Source: an uncultured delta proteobacterium (GTDB lineage: Bacteria > Desulfobacterota > Binatia > UBA9968). From it: 64,000 nt of DNA. A program made the position numbers and the translations under genes. The stretch lies in the NCBI GenBank assembly GCA_963847445.1, contig CAWJZV010000034.1, forward strand, positions 320,001 to 384,000, read 5' to 3'. Positions 10,656-24,333 of the stretch are shown piece after piece. Under the pieces are notes generated by a model, which saw only the letters and a list, made by a program, of their open reading frames with translations, was not told the origin of the DNA and ran no database searches. Each line of letters begins with the position of its first letter. Positions within the stretch are counted from its first letter, which is position 1.

Positions 10656-10669
10656 AAGGATCGAAAGCA

Positions 10670-11095
10670 ATGGCTAAAAAAGTCATCGGTGAAATCAAAT
10701 TACAGATCCCTGCCGGTCAGGCGAATCCTAGCCCGCCGGTGGGTCCGGCGCTCGGCCAGCGTGGCGTTAATATCATGGAGTTTTGCAAGGCTTTCAATGC
10801 CGCCACTCAAGCGCAGATCGGTATGGTTACGCCGGTGGTTATCACGGTCTACGCCGACAGGTCATTTACTTTTGTCACCAAGACACCGCCGGCGTCGGTA
10901 TTGCTCAAAAAGGCCGCCGGACTGGAAAAGGGTTCTAAGGAGCCGGGTAAGACCAAGGTCGGCAAGGTGACTAGGGCTCAAGTCAAAGAAATTGCGGAGT
11001 TAAAACTCAAAGATCTGACGGCCAGCGACTTAGCGGCCGCGGAAAAATCTGTCGCCGGAACCGCGCGTAGCATCGGCTTAGAAGTCGAAGGTTAG
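10670..11095 (+). CDS. rplK: 50S ribosomal protein L11
   Basis: [30 protein letters not shown]. Confidence 0.98.
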   Translation: MAKKVIGEIKLQIPAGQANPSPPVGPALGQRGVNIMEFCKAFNAATQAQIGMVTPVVITVYADRSFTFVTKTPPASVLLKKAAGLEKGSKEPGKTKVGKVTRAQVKEIAELKLKDLTASDLAAAEKSVAGTARSIGLEVEG

Positions 11096-11139
11096 TGCGC
11101 GCAATCTTCATTGATCCAGCGAAATCGAGGAGTGATGCC

Positions 11140-11844
11140 ATGAGTGGAATTGGAAAAAGCTATCGCAAGGTTCTGGATAAGGTCGATCGCAACCAACGCT
11201 ACCAGTTGGAAGATAGTCTGAAGTTGGTCAAGGAAACCGCCCGCGCCAAATTCGATGAAACCGTCGATATAGCGATTCGCTTGGGTGTCGATCCGCGCCA
11301 AGCCGATCAGAATATTCGCGGCACGGTAGCGTTGCCCCACGGCATGGGTAAAACCGTCCGTGTGTTGGCCTTTGCCAAAGGTGAAAAGGAGCGCGAGGCT
11401 CAAGAAGCCGGTGCCGATTTTATCGGTAGCGACGAACTGATCAAAAAGATTAGTGAAGGTTGGCTGGACTTCGACAAGGCGGTGGCTACTCCGGATATGA
11501 TGGCCGCCGTTGGCCGTATTGGTAAGATCCTCGGGCCCCGTGGCCTCATGCCGAACCCTAAGACCGGTACGGTGAGTTTGGACATCGGTAAGGCGGTCAG
11601 AGAAATCAAGGCGGGTAAGCTGGAATTTCGCGTCGACAAAGCGGGCATCGTTCATGTACCGGTAGGCCGCGCGTCTTTTTCGGCCGAACATTTGATCGAC
11701 AACGCGCGGATGGTCTTGTTGACAATCCTGCGCGCCAAACCGGCGTCGGCCAAGGGGAACTACGTTAAGGGTGTAACGATCGCCACCACCATGGGGCCGG
11801 GAATCAAAGTCGATTTGGCGCAGATCCGGGCGATGGCAGCCTAG
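11140..11844 (+). CDS. rplA: 50S ribosomal protein L1
   Basis: [36 protein letters not shown]; start moved to ATG 11140 after SD GAGGAG. Confidence 0.98.
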   Translation: MSGIGKSYRKVLDKVDRNQRYQLEDSLKLVKETARAKFDETVDIAIRLGVDPRQADQNIRGTVALPHGMGKTVRVLAFAKGEKEREAQEAGADFIGSDELIKKISEGWLDFDKAVATPDMMAAVGRIGKILGPRGLMPNPKTGTVSLDIGKAVREIKAGKLEFRVDKAGIVHVPVGRASFSAEHLIDNARMVLLTILRAKPASAKGNYVKGVTIATTMGPGIKVDLAQIRAMAA

Positions 11845-11907
11845 CGGGTCAGGGTCTTTACGCGGGCTTCATCAACACTAGATCAGAGTAGAATCAGGGA
11901 GAAGAAA

Positions 11908-12450
11908 ATGTCGGAAGCGCAAGTTGTCCGTGCTGGTTACGGCGAGAAATCGGCAACGGTGAACGCCATTCACGAACGGCTAAAATCCGCCAAGATGGCG
12001 ATTGTTACGGAGTACCGCGGTTTGACGGTTGCGCAAATGACTAAGTTGCGCCGCGAAGTGCGCCAGGTTTCCGGCGAATATCAGGTGATCAAGAATACTT
12101 TGGTGCGGCGTGCGCTCAAAGACACCGTTTACGGCGATTTGGAAAAATTGCTCGAAGGTCCTAACGGCTGGGTGTTCGCCTACGATGACCCGGTCTTACT
12201 TTCCAAGACTTTGCTCAAGTTCGCTGGCGACAACGATAAGTTGACGATTAAGGGCGGCGTGTTCGAGGGCCGCTTCATGAACCCGGCGGCAGTTAAAGTC
12301 CTGTCGCAGATGCCCAGTAAACCTGAATTACAAGCGAAGCTGTTGGCGACCATCAACGCACCGGCGACCCAGTTGCTACGCACGATTCAGGAACCCGGCG
12401 CGCAGATGGTGCGTTTGCTCGAATCATTGCGCAAAACCAAGGGCGAATAA
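11908..12450 (+). CDS. rplJ: 50S ribosomal protein L10
   Basis: EYRGLTVAQMTKLR, VIKNTL, LEGP, MPSKPEL; between rplA and rplL. Confidence 0.95.
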   Translation: MSEAQVVRAGYGEKSATVNAIHERLKSAKMAIVTEYRGLTVAQMTKLRREVRQVSGEYQVIKNTLVRRALKDTVYGDLEKLLEGPNGWVFAYDDPVLLSKTLLKFAGDNDKLTIKGGVFEGRFMNPAAVKVLSQMPSKPELQAKLLATINAPATQLLRTIQEPGAQMVRLLESLRKTKGE

Positions 12451-12485
12451 CAATTATTTAGCAGAAATTTTAAGGGGGGAACGTT

Positions 12486-12860
12486 ATGGAAGGCGTATCG
12501 AAAGAACAAGTTAAGGATTTCATCAAGAACATGAGTCTGATGGATGCGGCGACTCTGGTGAAAGAGCTCGAAGAGGAGCTAGGTGTTAGCGCTGCCGCTC
12601 CGGTAGCCGCTGCGGCAGCCGGCCCGGCGGCCGCAGCGGTTGAAGAGAAGACTGAGTTTAACGTCATTCTCGCCGAGACCGGTGAGAAAAAGATACAAGT
12701 CATCAAAGTTGTCCGCGAGCTCACCGGACTGGGTTTGAAAGAAGCCAAAGATTTGGTCGATGGCGCGCCCAAGCCGGTCAAAGAGGGTGTTTCCAAGGCC
12801 GATGCCGAGAACATCAAGAAGAAGCTCGAAGAACAGGGCGCCAAGGTCGAAATCAAGTAA
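12486..12860 (+). CDS. rplL: 50S ribosomal protein L7/L12
   Basis: Ala-rich hinge, [33 protein letters not shown]. Confidence 0.98.
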   Translation: MEGVSKEQVKDFIKNMSLMDAATLVKELEEELGVSAAAPVAAAAAGPAAAAVEEKTEFNVILAETGEKKIQVIKVVRELTGLGLKEAKDLVDGAPKPVKEGVSKADAENIKKKLEEQGAKVEIK

Positions 12861-12934
12861 TTCTCTCGCCGTCGGTGGTTCCGTTGAATGATTTGAAATG
12901 GATCGTTAACCGCTAGTCCGAGAGAGGAGCACGC

Positions 12935-15900
12935 ATGGCATTTCAGGTTGCCAATAACTTACGATTCCGCCGTAGCTTCGGAAGAATTCGAAAAATTATC
13001 GAACTCCCGTATTTGATCGAAATCCAGAAAAACTCTTACGAGCTGTTCCTGCAGAAAGATGCGGCGCCGACAGAGCGTCAGAACATGGGACTGCAGGAAG
13101 TTTTTAAGTCGGTTTTCCCGATTAAGGATTTTAACGAAACCGCTTCTTTGGAATTTGTCAGTTATACCCTCGGCGAACCCAAGTATGACGTCGAGGAATG
13201 TCACCAGCGGGGCATGACTTACGCCGCGCCGTTAAAAGTTACCGTGCAGTTGGTGTTGTGGGATGTCGACCAGCAGACCGGCGCGCGCAGCATCAAGAAC
13301 GTCAAAGAGCAGGAAGTTTACTTCGGTGAAGTCCCGCTCATGACGATCAACGGTACCTTCATGATCAACGGGACCGAGCGGGTCATTGTCAGCCAATTGC
13401 ACCGCTCGCCGGGAGTTTTCTTTGAGCATGACAAGGGAAAGACCCACGCCAGCGGCAAGTTGCTTTATTCGGCGCGGGTGATTCCCTACCGTGGCTCTTG
13501 GGTCGATCTCGAATTCGATCCTCGGGACGTCGTTTACGTACGCATCGACCGGCGGCGTAAGTTTCACGCTACCGTGTTGTTGCGCGCACTGGGCATGACT
13601 AGCGAGGACTTGCTCAACTACTATTATCGGAGCGATTCAATTCACTTCGACGGCCGCAAGACCACACTGGAGTTCAATGCCAACCATCTGTTGGGCGCGA
13701 AGGTCAGCGCCGATGTGCGCGATCCGAAGTCCAACGATATTATCGTTAAAGAAGGCAAGAAGTTCACTCGGCAGGTGCTGCGCCAAATGGAAGCGGCACG
13801 GATCAAGCAGGTGCCCATCGCGCAGGAAGAGATTCTCGGTCGAGTCGCGGCCCACGACCTCGTCGACCCCCATGGCAAAGAGGTTCTGGTCGAATGCAAT
13901 CATGAGATCACGCAGGAGAAGCTCGACCTGATCCGTGACAAAGGGCTCACGCATATCGAAGTACTGTTTATCGACGAATCGAACGTCGGTCCTTACTTGC
14001 GCAACACGTTGCTGCAAGACCGCATCCGCTCTCCTCAAGATGCCATTCTGGAGATCTATCGGCGCTTGCGGCCCGGCGATCCACCGACGGTGGAATCGTC
14101 GACCAACTTTTTTAATAACCTGTTTTTCAATCCCGATCGCTATGACCTATCCAAGGTCGGCCGCTTGAAGCTCAACCATCGGCTCAAGCTCAATATCCCG
14201 CTGGAGCAGGGTACGCTGCGCAAAGAGGATATCCTCGAAGTGGTGCGTTACCTGATGGAGCTCAAGAACGGCCACGGCTCGGTGGACGATATCGATCACC
14301 TGGGCAATCGCCGTGTACGCGCTGTCGGTGAACTCGTCGAAAATCACTTCCGCGTCGGCCTGGTGCGCATGGAGCGGGCGATCAAGGAAAAGATGAGCTT
14401 GCAGGACATCGAGACTCTGATGCCCCAGGAGCTGATCAACTACAAGCCGGTTTCAGCGGCGCTCAAAGAGTTCTTTGGCTCCAGCCAGCTGTCGCAGTTC
14501 ATGGATCAGACCAATCCGCTGTCGGAAATCACCCACAAGCGGCGGCTCTCGGCCCTCGGTCCTGGCGGTCTAACCCGCGAGCGTGCCGGTTTCGAAGTGC
14601 GCGACGTGCATCCGACCCATTATGGCCGGGTCTGTCCGATCGAAACCCCTGAAGGGCCGAACATCGGCCTGATCGCTTCGCTGACTACCTATGCGCGGGT
14701 CAACGATTTTGGTTTCATCGAAACGCCCTATCGCGAAGTAGAAAGTGGCCGGGTTAGCGATCGCATCCGTTATCTATCCGCCCTCGAAGAAGAAGACCAT
14801 GTCATCGCCCAAGCCAATGCGCCGATCGACGGTCGGGGTAATTTTTCCGCGGACTTGGTCTCGTCGCGTAAGGGCGGTGAGTTTGTCATGGCCCATCCCG
14901 AAGAAGTCAACTTCATGGACGTGTCGCCGAACCAGTTGGTGAGCGTCGCGGCTTCGCTCATTCCGTTCTTGGAAAACGACGATGCCAACCGCGCCTTGAT
15001 GGGTTCCAACATGCAGCGCCAAGCAGTACCGCTGTTGCGCACCGAAGCGCCGTTTGTCGGTACCGGCATGGAACGCACTGTGGCGCGGGATTCCGGCGTG
15101 ACTATCGTCGCGCGCCGCGACGGCTTGGTCGAAAGCGTCGATTCGACGCGCATCGTCGTCAAAGCCGACAAACCGGGTGGTTCACGAGATACCGGTGTCG
15201 ATATTTACAACCTGGTCAAGTACCAGCGTTCCAATCAAAATACTTGTAATAACCAGCGGCCGATCGTTGTGGTCGGCGACCAGGTAAAGGCCGGCGATGT
15301 CATCGCCGACGGTCCGTCGACTGAGATGGGCGAGCTGGCGCTGGGGCGTAACGTCGTCGTCGCGCTAATGCCCTGGGGCGGTTACAACTTCGAAGATTCG
15401 ATTCTGATCAACGAACGGGTGGTCAAAGAGGATATTTATACCTCGATCCACATCGAAGAGTTCGAGTGCGTGTCGCGCGACACGAAATTGGGCCCCGAGG
15501 AAATCACCCGGGATATACCGAATGTCGGCGACGAGGCGCTCACTGACCTCGACGAAAGCGGCATCATTCGCATCGGCGCCGAGGTTAAACCAGGCCATAT
15601 CCTGGTCGGCAAGATTACCCCCAAGGGTGAAACCCAACTATCGCCGGAAGAAAAACTGTTGCGAGCGATCTTCGGCGAGAAGGCCGGCGAAGTGCGCGAT
15701 ACCTCGCTGCGGGTGCCCCCCGGCGTCGAAGGCACGGTCATCAATGTAAGGATTTTTTCGCGCAAAGGATTGGGCAAGGATGAGCGCAGCCGGTCCATTG
15801 AGGATGAAGAGGTTACCCGACTACGTAAAGATCAGCATGACGAAGTGCGCATTCTCCAAGAAGGTGCGCTCCGCCGGCTGAAAAAATTGCTGGTCGGCCG

Positions 15901-17038
15901 GCGCTTGGAGAGCCGCATCAGCGACGATAGTCGCAAGGTCCTACTCAACAAGGGGCAGGAGGTGACCGAGGAGGATCTCGATCAACTGCCGATGTCCTAC
16001 TGGAGTGAGATCCAAGTCGATAATGAATCCGTGGAAAGCGAACTCGGCCGGATCATCGAGAGCACGACCACCCAGGTCAACCTCATCAAGCATGCTTTCG
16101 AAGACAAGATCGAAAAACTTAAAGGCGGCGATGAGCTGCCCCCCGGCGTCATCAAAATGGTCAAAGTCTTTGTCGCCATCAAGCGTAAGCTGCAAGTGGG
16201 CGACAAAATGGCCGGACGGCATGGCAATAAGGGCGTCATTTCCCGCATCCTGCCCGAAGAAGACATGCCCTATTTGGAGGATGGTACACCTGTCGATGTG
16301 GTGTTGAATCCATTGGGTGTGCCGTCGCGTATGAACGTCGGCCAGATTCTCGAGGCCCACTTGGGATGGGCGGCCCGTAGTCTGGGACACCAAATCGACG
16401 ATCTCTTGCGTACCCATAATGGAGATATCGATCAGTTGCGGCGCCGGTTGAAAGACTATTTGAATACCCGGGACGCCAACGAGTTGATCGACGGTGCAAA
16501 AGACGTCGAGGTGTTAAAGCTTGCGGCCAAATATCGCGATGGCGTGCGCATTGCCTCGCCGGTATTTGACGGTGCCGCGGAAGAGGAAATCTTTAATCTG
16601 CTGCGCAAAGCTGGTTTGCCAGCCAGCGGCCAGGCGACGTTATTCGATGGCCGGACCGGCGAAGCTTTCGACGGCAAAGTGACTGTGGGTGTCATGTACA
16701 TCATGAAGCTGCATCACTTAGTCGACGACAAGATCCACGCCCGCTCGACCGGACCCTATTCTCTCGTCACTCAGCAGCCCTTGGGCGGTAAGGCCCAGTT
16801 CGGCGGCCAGCGTTTGGGCGAGATGGAAGTTTGGGCGCTGGAGGCGTACGGCGCTGCGTACACTCTTCAAGAGATGCTCACCGTCAAGTCCGACGATGTC
16901 GTCGGCCGCACTCGTATGTACGAGGCGATCGTTAAAGGCGACAATTTGCTCGAACCAGGACTGCCCGAGTCGTTTAACGTCATGGTGAAAGAGCTCCAAA
17001 GCCTAGGCTTAGATGTCGATCTCGTCGAAGAAAAGTAG
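12935..17038 (+). CDS. rpoB: DNA-directed RNA polymerase subunit beta
   Basis: [44 protein letters not shown]; 1367 aa. Confidence 0.99.
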   Translation: MAFQVANNLRFRRSFGRIRKIIELPYLIEIQKNSYELFLQKDAAPTERQNMGLQEVFKSVFPIKDFNETASLEFVSYTLGEPKYDVEECHQRGMTYAAPLKVTVQLVLWDVDQQTGARSIKNVKEQEVYFGEVPLMTINGTFMINGTERVIVSQLHRSPGVFFEHDKGKTHASGKLLYSARVIPYRGSWVDLEFDPRDVVYVRIDRRRKFHATVLLRALGMTSEDLLNYYYRSDSIHFDGRKTTLEFNANHLLGAKVSADVRDPKSNDIIVKEGKKFTRQVLRQMEAARIKQVPIAQEEILGRVAAHDLVDPHGKEVLVECNHEITQEKLDLIRDKGLTHIEVLFIDESNVGPYLRNTLLQDRIRSPQDAILEIYRRLRPGDPPTVESSTNFFNNLFFNPDRYDLSKVGRLKLNHRLKLNIPLEQGTLRKEDILEVVRYLMELKNGHGSVDDIDHLGNRRVRAVGELVENHFRVGLVRMERAIKEKMSLQDIETLMPQELINYKPVSAALKEFFGSSQLSQFMDQTNPLSEITHKRRLSALGPGGLTRERAGFEVRDVHPTHYGRVCPIETPEGPNIGLIASLTTYARVNDFGFIETPYREVESGRVSDRIRYLSALEEEDHVIAQANAPIDGRGNFSADLVSSRKGGEFVMAHPEEVNFMDVSPNQLVSVAASLIPFLENDDANRALMGSNMQRQAVPLLRTEAPFVGTGMERTVARDSGVTIVARRDGLVESVDSTRIVVKADKPGGSRDTGVDIYNLVKYQRSNQNTCNNQRPIVVVGDQVKAGDVIADGPSTEMGELALGRNVVVALMPWGGYNFEDSILINERVVKEDIYTSIHIEEFECVSRDTKLGPEEITRDIPNVGDEALTDLDESGIIRIGAEVKPGHILVGKITPKGETQLSPEEKLLRAIFGEKAGEVRDTSLRVPPGVEGTVINVRIFSRKGLGKDERSRSIEDEEVTRLRKDQHDEVRILQEGALRRLKKLLVGRRLESRISDDSRKVLLNKGQEVTEEDLDQLPMSYWSEIQVDNESVESELGRIIESTTTQVNLIKHAFEDKIEKLKGGDELPPGVIKMVKVFVAIKRKLQVGDKMAGRHGNKGVISRILPEEDMPYLEDGTPVDVVLNPLGVPSRMNVGQILEAHLGWAARSLGHQIDDLLRTHNGDIDQLRRRLKDYLNTRDANELIDGAKDVEVLKLAAKYRDGVRIASPVFDGAAEEEIFNLLRKAGLPASGQATLFDGRTGEAFDGKVTVGVMYIMKLHHLVDDKIHARSTGPYSLVTQQPLGGKAQFGGQRLGEMEVWALEAYGAAYTLQEMLTVKSDDVVGRTRMYEAIVKGDNLLEPGLPESFNVMVKELQSLGLDVDLVEEK

Positions 17039-17083
17039 GTAACCCCAGTACGGGTGTGTCCTCACACCGGAGGTGATCCTGAT

Positions 17084-20000
17084 ATGGAAGATCTGTTTAA
17101 TCTATTTGAAAAACCTAAAAATCCACTTAGTTTTAACGCGATCAAAGTTTCCGTGGCTTCACCGGAAAAAATTCGCTCTTGGTCTCATGGCGAGGTAAAA
17201 AAGCCGGAGACCATCAACTATCGGACCTTCAAACCGGAGCGCGATGGTTTATTTTGTGCCAAGATCTTTGGTCCGACCAAGGATTACGAGTGTAACTGCG
17301 GCAAGTACAAACGCATGCGCCATCGCGGCGTGGTCTGTGAAAAGTGCGGCGTCGAAGTCATTCAGTCTAAAGTCCGCCGCGAGCGCATGGGCCATATCGA
17401 ACTGGCCACGCCGGTCGTCCATATCTGGTTTTTGAAAAGCCTGCCCAGCCGCATCGGCGCGCTACTCGACATGTCGCTCAAAGACATCGAAAAGGTGCTC
17501 TACTTCGAGTCCTATATCGTTGTCGATCCAGGCGAGACGCCGCTGCAATACAAAGAACTCTTGACCGAGGCGCGCTACCGCAAGGCGGTCGAGGAGTACG
17601 GCGGCAAGTTTGTCGCGGGAATGGGCGCCGAGGCGGTGCGTAAGCTGCTCAAAGAGATCGATATCCCTAAGGTCGCCGACGAATTACGCCAGGAAATGCG
17701 CGACGCTAATTCTGAAGTGCGGCGCAAGAAAATGGCCAAGCGCCTAAAGGTTTTGACCGCGTTCCGGACCTCGGGCAACCGACCGGAGTGGATGGTCATG
17801 GAAGTGATTCCGGTGATTCCACCGGACCTACGTCCCCTGGTGCCCCTCGACGGCGGCCGTTTCGCGACCTCGGATTTGAACGATCTCTATCGTCGCGTCA
17901 TCAATCGCAACAACCGGCTCAAACGGCTGATGGAATTGAGCGCGCCGGACATGATCATCCGTAACGAAAAGCGCATGCTGCAAGAAGCGGTGGATGCCTT
18001 GTTCGACAACGGTCGCCGCGGCCGGGCGATTACCGGCCAAAACCGCCGGCCGCTCAAATCTTTGAGCGAGATGCTCAAGGGCAAAACTGGCCGCTTTCGC
18101 CAGAACTTGCTCGGTAAGCGCGTCGACTATTCGGGCCGTTCGGTTATCGTCGTCGGTCCTGAGTTGCGCTTGCATCAGTGCGGTCTGCCGAAAAAAATGG
18201 CCCTCGAGCTCTTCAAGCCGTTTATTTACAACAAGCTCGAAGAGCGCGGCCATGTGACGACGATCAAGAGCGCGAAAAAGATGGTCGAGCGCGAGTTACC
18301 GGAAGTCTGGGATATTCTCGATGAAGTTATTCGCGAACATCCAGTGCTGCTCAACCGGGCGCCGACGCTGCATCGTTTAGGCATCCAAGCCTTCGAGCCG
18401 ATTTTGATCGAAGGCAAGGCGATTCAACTGCATCCGCTGGTGTGCGCCGCGTACAACGCCGATTTCGACGGCGATCAAATGGCCGTGCATGTGCCGTTGT
18501 CCGTCGAAGCTCAAGTGGAAGCTCGCACGCTGATGATGTCGACCAACAATATTTTATCGCCAGCCCATGGTAAGCCGATCATCGTACCGACCCAGGATAT
18601 CGTCTTGGGCTTGTACTACATGACCCGCGACCGCTTACACGCTAAGGGCAGTGGCCGGCTGTTCAGTAGCCCGACCGAAGTTCGCGTCGCTTACGACCAG
18701 GGTGAAGTGGACCTCCAGGCGCCGATCACCGTGCGTATCAACGGTGAACGGGTCGACACCACCACCGGTCGCGTGCTGCTTTACGATGTCGTTCCCGAAG
18801 TGATTCCTTTCAAGGAAGTCAATCGGGTGATGAAGAAGAAAGAGCTCGCGAATCTGATCGACATCAGCTTTCGTCTGGCCGGCAATAAGGCGACGGTTAT
18901 TCTGGCGGACCGACTGAAAGATGTCGGCTACCACCATGCCACCAAGGCGGGTATCTCGATCTCGATTAAAGACATGCTGATTCCGCCGACGAAAGAGGCG
19001 ATGCTCAAGAAGGCCCATGACGACGTGCGGGAGATCGAGGAACAATACAAGAATGGTCTGATCACCGACGGCGAGCGCTATAACAAAGTGGTCGACATCT
19101 GGGCTGAGGTCACCGACCGCATCGCCGATCAAATGCTTGGCGACTTGGGTTCGGAGAAGATTACTGACGCACAAGGACACGAGTTTACGGTGCCGAGCTT
19201 TAATCCGATTTTCATGATGGCCGACTCCGGCGCCCGCGGTAGCGCGCAGCAGATTCGCCAATTGGCCGGTATGCGCGGTTTGATGGCTAAGCCCTCCGGC
19301 GAAATCATCGAGACCCCGATCACGGCTAATTTTCGCGAAGGCTTGACCGTGTTACAGTATTTCATCTCGACCCACGGCGCCCGTAAGGGTCTCGCGGATA
19401 CGGCTTTGAAAACCGCCAATTCCGGCTACTTGACGCGCCGTCTCGTCGACGTCGCTCAGGACGCCGTCATCGGCGAAGAAGATTGCGGCACTATGGATGG
19501 CATCGAGATCACGCCGCTCATGGAAGGCGGCGAAGTGATCGAGCCGCTTGGCGACCGTGTGCTCGGCCGAGTAGCGCTGGAAGATGTCGTCGATCCCTTC
19601 ACCGGCGAAGTCATCGTCAAGGCCAACCAAGAAATCAACGAAGAATTGGTCCAGCGGGTCGAGGATGCGGGTTTAGAACGGCTCAAGATTCGCTCCGTCT
19701 TAACCTGCGCGTCCCGCCGTGGTGTTTGCATCATGTGCTACGGCCGCGACTTGGGCCGCGGTCATATGATCAATATGGGCGAAGCGGTCGGAGTCACCGC
19801 TGCTCAATCCATCGGCGAGCCGGGGACGCAGCTAACCATGCGGACCTTCCACATCGGCGGTACGGCAAGCCGGCGCGCTGAACAGACGACGTTAGAGGCG
19901 CGCAATGACGGCAATCTCAAGTTCATCAACGTCAACACCGTGACCAACAAAGACGGAGATTTCGTCGTTATGAACCGTAACGGTGAGGTTGCCATCGTCG

Positions 20001-21211
20001 ATTATCCCGAGGGCGAGAAGGGGCGCGTGCGCGAACGGGAGCGCTACCCGGTGGTATACGGCGCGAAACTGAAAAAGAAGGACGGCGCTAAAGTCAAAGC
20101 CGGCGAACTGTTGGCAGAATGGGATCCCTACACGATTCCGATTCTCACCGAGGTGAGCGGCCCGGTTAAGTTCGGCGACGTGATCGAAAACATCACCATG
20201 GAAGAGAAGGTCGATGAGCGTACCGGGCTATCGACCAAGGTTATCATCGACTCCAAAGACATCGACAAGCGGCCGCGCATTTCGATCAAGGACACGCAAG
20301 GTCAGACCACCCGGCTCACCGCAACCGCGGAAGCGCGTTATTTGATTCCGGTGGGCGCGCACATCAACGTGCAAGATGGCCAGGACGTATTCGCAGGCGA
20401 TATCTTGGCGAAAATCCCGAGGGAAACTACCAAGACCAAAGACATCACAGGTGGTTTGCCGCGAGTGGCGGAACTCTTCGAAGCGCGCAAGCCGAAAGAG
20501 TTCGCGGTGATCAGTGAGATCGACGGTGCGGTCTCTTTCGGTAAGGACACCAAGGGGAAGCGCAAAGTCGTGGTCACGCCGGAAGTTGGCGAGGCGCGCG
20601 AATATTTAATTCCTAAAGGCAAGCATATCAGCGTCCATGACGGCGACCGCATTCGCGCCGGCGAGGCGTTGATGGACGGTTCGTCCAATCCCCACGACAT
20701 TCTCAACATTCTTGGCGAAAAGGCCTTGGCCAAGTATCTCGTCGATGAAGTGCAAGAGATCTACCGGCTCCAAGGCGTGCGCATCAACGACAAGCATATC
20801 GAGGTCATCGTGCGTCAAATGCTGCGCCGTGTGCGCATTAAAGACGTCGGCGACGCCGAGTTTTTGGTCGGCGACCAGATCGAGAAGTGGCGTTTCGAGG
20901 ACGAAAACCAGCGGGTCATTGCCGAAAATGGCAAACCCGCGGTCGCCGAGCCGCTACTCCTGGGGATTACCAAGGCGTCGTTATCGACCGAAAGCTTTAT
21001 CTCCGCGGCATCGTTCCAGGAAACCACAAAGGTTCTTACGGAGGCGGCGATCCAAGGCAAAGTCGATTTGCTGCGCGGCTTGAAAGAGAACGTGATTATG
21101 GGCCGGCTAATTCCCGCCGGCACTGGCGTGACCAACTATGCCAAGGCCGACATCGAAATCGACGAAGTTGAAGACGGCGCGGTTCAATTACACGAGGTAG
21201 CGGAAGCCTAA
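17084..21211 (+). CDS. rpoC: DNA-directed RNA polymerase subunit beta'
   Basis: [12 protein letters not shown] catalytic motif, N-terminal Zn finger; start ATG 17084 after SD GGAGGT. Confidence 0.99.
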   Translation: MEDLFNLFEKPKNPLSFNAIKVSVASPEKIRSWSHGEVKKPETINYRTFKPERDGLFCAKIFGPTKDYECNCGKYKRMRHRGVVCEKCGVEVIQSKVRRERMGHIELATPVVHIWFLKSLPSRIGALLDMSLKDIEKVLYFESYIVVDPGETPLQYKELLTEARYRKAVEEYGGKFVAGMGAEAVRKLLKEIDIPKVADELRQEMRDANSEVRRKKMAKRLKVLTAFRTSGNRPEWMVMEVIPVIPPDLRPLVPLDGGRFATSDLNDLYRRVINRNNRLKRLMELSAPDMIIRNEKRMLQEAVDALFDNGRRGRAITGQNRRPLKSLSEMLKGKTGRFRQNLLGKRVDYSGRSVIVVGPELRLHQCGLPKKMALELFKPFIYNKLEERGHVTTIKSAKKMVERELPEVWDILDEVIREHPVLLNRAPTLHRLGIQAFEPILIEGKAIQLHPLVCAAYNADFDGDQMAVHVPLSVEAQVEARTLMMSTNNILSPAHGKPIIVPTQDIVLGLYYMTRDRLHAKGSGRLFSSPTEVRVAYDQGEVDLQAPITVRINGERVDTTTGRVLLYDVVPEVIPFKEVNRVMKKKELANLIDISFRLAGNKATVILADRLKDVGYHHATKAGISISIKDMLIPPTKEAMLKKAHDDVREIEEQYKNGLITDGERYNKVVDIWAEVTDRIADQMLGDLGSEKITDAQGHEFTVPSFNPIFMMADSGARGSAQQIRQLAGMRGLMAKPSGEIIETPITANFREGLTVLQYFISTHGARKGLADTALKTANSGYLTRRLVDVAQDAVIGEEDCGTMDGIEITPLMEGGEVIEPLGDRVLGRVALEDVVDPFTGEVIVKANQEINEELVQRVEDAGLERLKIRSVLTCASRRGVCIMCYGRDLGRGHMINMGEAVGVTAAQSIGEPGTQLTMRTFHIGGTASRRAEQTTLEARNDGNLKFINVNTVTNKDGDFVVMNRNGEVAIVDYPEGEKGRVRERERYPVVYGAKLKKKDGAKVKAGELLAEWDPYTIPILTEVSGPVKFGDVIENITMEEKVDERTGLSTKVIIDSKDIDKRPRISIKDTQGQTTRLTATAEARYLIPVGAHINVQDGQDVFAGDILAKIPRETTKTKDITGGLPRVAELFEARKPKEFAVISEIDGAVSFGKDTKGKRKVVVTPEVGEAREYLIPKGKHISVHDGDRIRAGEALMDGSSNPHDILNILGEKALAKYLVDEVQEIYRLQGVRINDKHIEVIVRQMLRRVRIKDVGDAEFLVGDQIEKWRFEDENQRVIAENGKPAVAEPLLLGITKASLSTESFISAASFQETTKVLTEAAIQGKVDLLRGLKENVIMGRLIPAGTGVTNYAKADIEIDEVEDGAVQLHEVAEA

Positions 21212-21214
21212 GCT

Positions 21215-21243
21215 TTGACAATGACGAATATTTTTGTTAAATA
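21215..21243 (+). promoter_or_regulatory. sigma70-type promoter of the str operon
   Basis: TTGACA (21215-21220), 17 nt, TAAATA (21238-21243), with TG at 21235-21236. Confidence 0.65.
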
Positions 21244-21319
21244 AAGGATTTTCCTGGGGGAGTTGTGGGGTTTGATTTACTCCTCCGAATCCTAACGAGA
21301 TCGACGAGAAAAAGTAAGT

Positions 21320-22167
<848 letters not shown>

Positions 22168-22190
22168 TTAGAATTTAAGTTTGAGTTCGT

Positions 22191-22222
22191 AAAAGGAGGC
22201 GGTTGGACCGCCTCCTTTTTTT
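22191..22222 (+). terminator. Intrinsic-terminator-like hairpin between rpsG and fusA
   Basis: AAAAGGAGGCGGT-TGG-ACCGCCTCCTTTT perfect inverted repeat; T7 run at 22216-22222. Confidence 0.75.
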
Positions 22223-22236
22223 CCGGCGTTAAGAAA

Positions 22237-24333
22237 ATGGCTAGAACCGTTTCACTAGAGAAGACCCGCAATATCGGCATCATGGCCCACATCGATGCCG
22301 GTAAGACCACGACCACGGAGCGGATCCTCTACTACACAGGGATCAATTATAAGATCGGTGAAGTGCATGAGGGTACCGCGACGATGGACTGGATGGTCCA
22401 GGAACAAGAGCGCGGCATCACGATTACTTCGGCGGCGACCACCTGTTTCTGGCGCGACCACCGGGTCAACATCATCGATACGCCGGGCCATGTGGATTTC
22501 ACCATCGAAGTCGAACGTTCGTTACGCGTGCTTGACGGCGCGGTGGCGGTGTTCTGTTCGGTGGGCGGTGTCGAACCACAGACGGAAACCGTTTGGCGCC
22601 AGGCTGATAAGTATGGTGTTCCACGGCTCGCGTTCATCAACAAGATGGACCGCCTCGGTGCCGATTTCTTCCGTGTCGTGAAGATGATCGAGACCCGGCT
22701 AGGCGCTCGCCCGGCGGTCATGCAGCTGCCCATCGGTGCCGAAGATAAATTTACCGGTATCATCGATTTGATCACCATGAAAGCGGTGATCTGGGAAGAT
22801 GAGAGTTTGGGCGCAAAGTTTCATGAAGAGGAGATTCCCGCCGATCTCAAGGAACAGGCTGAGGAATATCGTGAAAAACTGCTAGAGGCAGCCGCCGACG
22901 CCGAAGAAGCGTTGATGGAAAAATATCTCGACGGCAAACCGATCAGCGAAGCCGAGCTGCGCGCGGCGATTCGCAAGGCGACACTCTCTCTCAAGATAGT
23001 TCCGGTAGTCTGCGGTACTGCGTTCCGCAACAAGGGTGTCCAGCCGATGCTTGACGCGGTGGTGGACTTTCTCCCGTCGCCTGTCGACATCCCCCCGGTC
23101 AAAGGCGTTGTTGCCGGTACCGACAAGCCGGAGGAACGACCGGCCCGGGACGATGTGCCGTTTTCCGCGTTGGCTTTTAAAATCATGACCGACCCGTTCG
23201 TCGGTACATTGACGTTTTTCCGGGTCTATTCGGGCTCCATCAGTTCCGGGGCGAGCATTTATAACTCGACGAAAACTAAACGTGAGCGAGTCGGCCGGCT
23301 GCTCAAGATGCACGCCAACAAGCGGGAAGAGATCAAAGACGTCTACGCTGGGGATATCGCCGCGGCAGTGGGCCTAAGAACCGCGACCACTGGCGACACC
23401 CTATGCGATGAAGACAAGCCGATCGTTCTTGAGTCCATCGATTTCCCGGATCCGGTCATATCGATTGCCATCGAACCCAAGAGTAAAGCCGACCAAGAAC
23501 GGCTCGGCCTGTCGTTGCAGAAACTGGCCACCGAGGATCCGTCTTTCCGGGTGCGCACTGACGAAGAGACCGGCCAAACAATTATTTCCGGCATGGGCGA
23601 GTTACATCTCGAAATTATCGTCGATCGTTTGCTCCGTGAATTCAGCGTCGGCGCCAGCGTGGGCAAGCCTCAAGTTGCTTATCGTGAGACGGTTCGTAAG
23701 GCGGTCGAGCAGCAGGGCCGTTTCGTGCGCCAGACGGGTGGTCGCGGTCAGTACGGCGATGTCTGGATCAAGCTCGAACCGCAAGCCACCGGCGGCGGTT
23801 TTGAGTTCGTCGATGCCGTCAAGGGTGGATCGATCCCGCGCGAATATATCCCTGCGGTTGAGAAGGGCATTCGCGAGGCGCTCGATAATGGGGTGCTCGC
23901 CGGTTATCCCGTCGTCGACGTTAAAGTAACCCTGTTCGATGGCAGTTATCATGACGTCGACTCATCGGAAATCGCCTTCAAAATCGCTGGTTCGATGGCT
24001 TTCAAGCAGGCAGCGCGTAAGGCTAGTCCGGTGCTCCTCGAGCCGATTATGTCGGTGGAAGTCGTTGTTCCAGAAGATTTCATGGGTGATGTCATCGGCG
24101 ATTTGAGCTCGCGGCGCGGTAAAGTGCTCGGTATGGATACCCGGCCGGCGGCGCAGGCGATCGACGCGCGGGTGCCGCTGGCGCAGATGTTCGGTTACGC
24201 TACGGACGTGCGTTCGATGACTCAAGGGCGGGCGACTTACACGATGCAGTTTTCCCATTATGAACCTGTTCCCGCGGCGGTTGCTGAGGGCATTATCGCC
24301 AAATTTGATGGCAAGTCGGATGATGACGTATGA
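22237..24333 (+). CDS. fusA: Elongation factor G
   Basis: [39 protein letters not shown]. Confidence 0.99.
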   Translation: MARTVSLEKTRNIGIMAHIDAGKTTTTERILYYTGINYKIGEVHEGTATMDWMVQEQERGITITSAATTCFWRDHRVNIIDTPGHVDFTIEVERSLRVLDGAVAVFCSVGGVEPQTETVWRQADKYGVPRLAFINKMDRLGADFFRVVKMIETRLGARPAVMQLPIGAEDKFTGIIDLITMKAVIWEDESLGAKFHEEEIPADLKEQAEEYREKLLEAAADAEEALMEKYLDGKPISEAELRAAIRKATLSLKIVPVVCGTAFRNKGVQPMLDAVVDFLPSPVDIPPVKGVVAGTDKPEERPARDDVPFSALAFKIMTDPFVGTLTFFRVYSGSISSGASIYNSTKTKRERVGRLLKMHANKREEIKDVYAGDIAAAVGLRTATTGDTLCDEDKPIVLESIDFPDPVISIAIEPKSKADQERLGLSLQKLATEDPSFRVRTDEETGQTIISGMGELHLEIIVDRLLREFSVGASVGKPQVAYRETVRKAVEQQGRFVRQTGGRGQYGDVWIKLEPQATGGGFEFVDAVKGGSIPREYIPAVEKGIREALDNGVLAGYPVVDVKVTLFDGSYHDVDSSEIAFKIAGSMAFKQAARKASPVLLEPIMSVEVVVPEDFMGDVIGDLSSRRGKVLGMDTRPAAQAIDARVPLAQMFGYATDVRSMTQGRATYTMQFSHYEPVPAAVAEGIIAKFDGKSDDDV

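Noticed and set aside
14440-14600. Possible rifampicin-resistance alleles in rpoB (and streptomycin alleles in rpsL)
   Set aside because: Cluster I ([23 protein letters not shown]) and the S12 PKKPNS and RVKDLPG motifs match the sensitive consensus.
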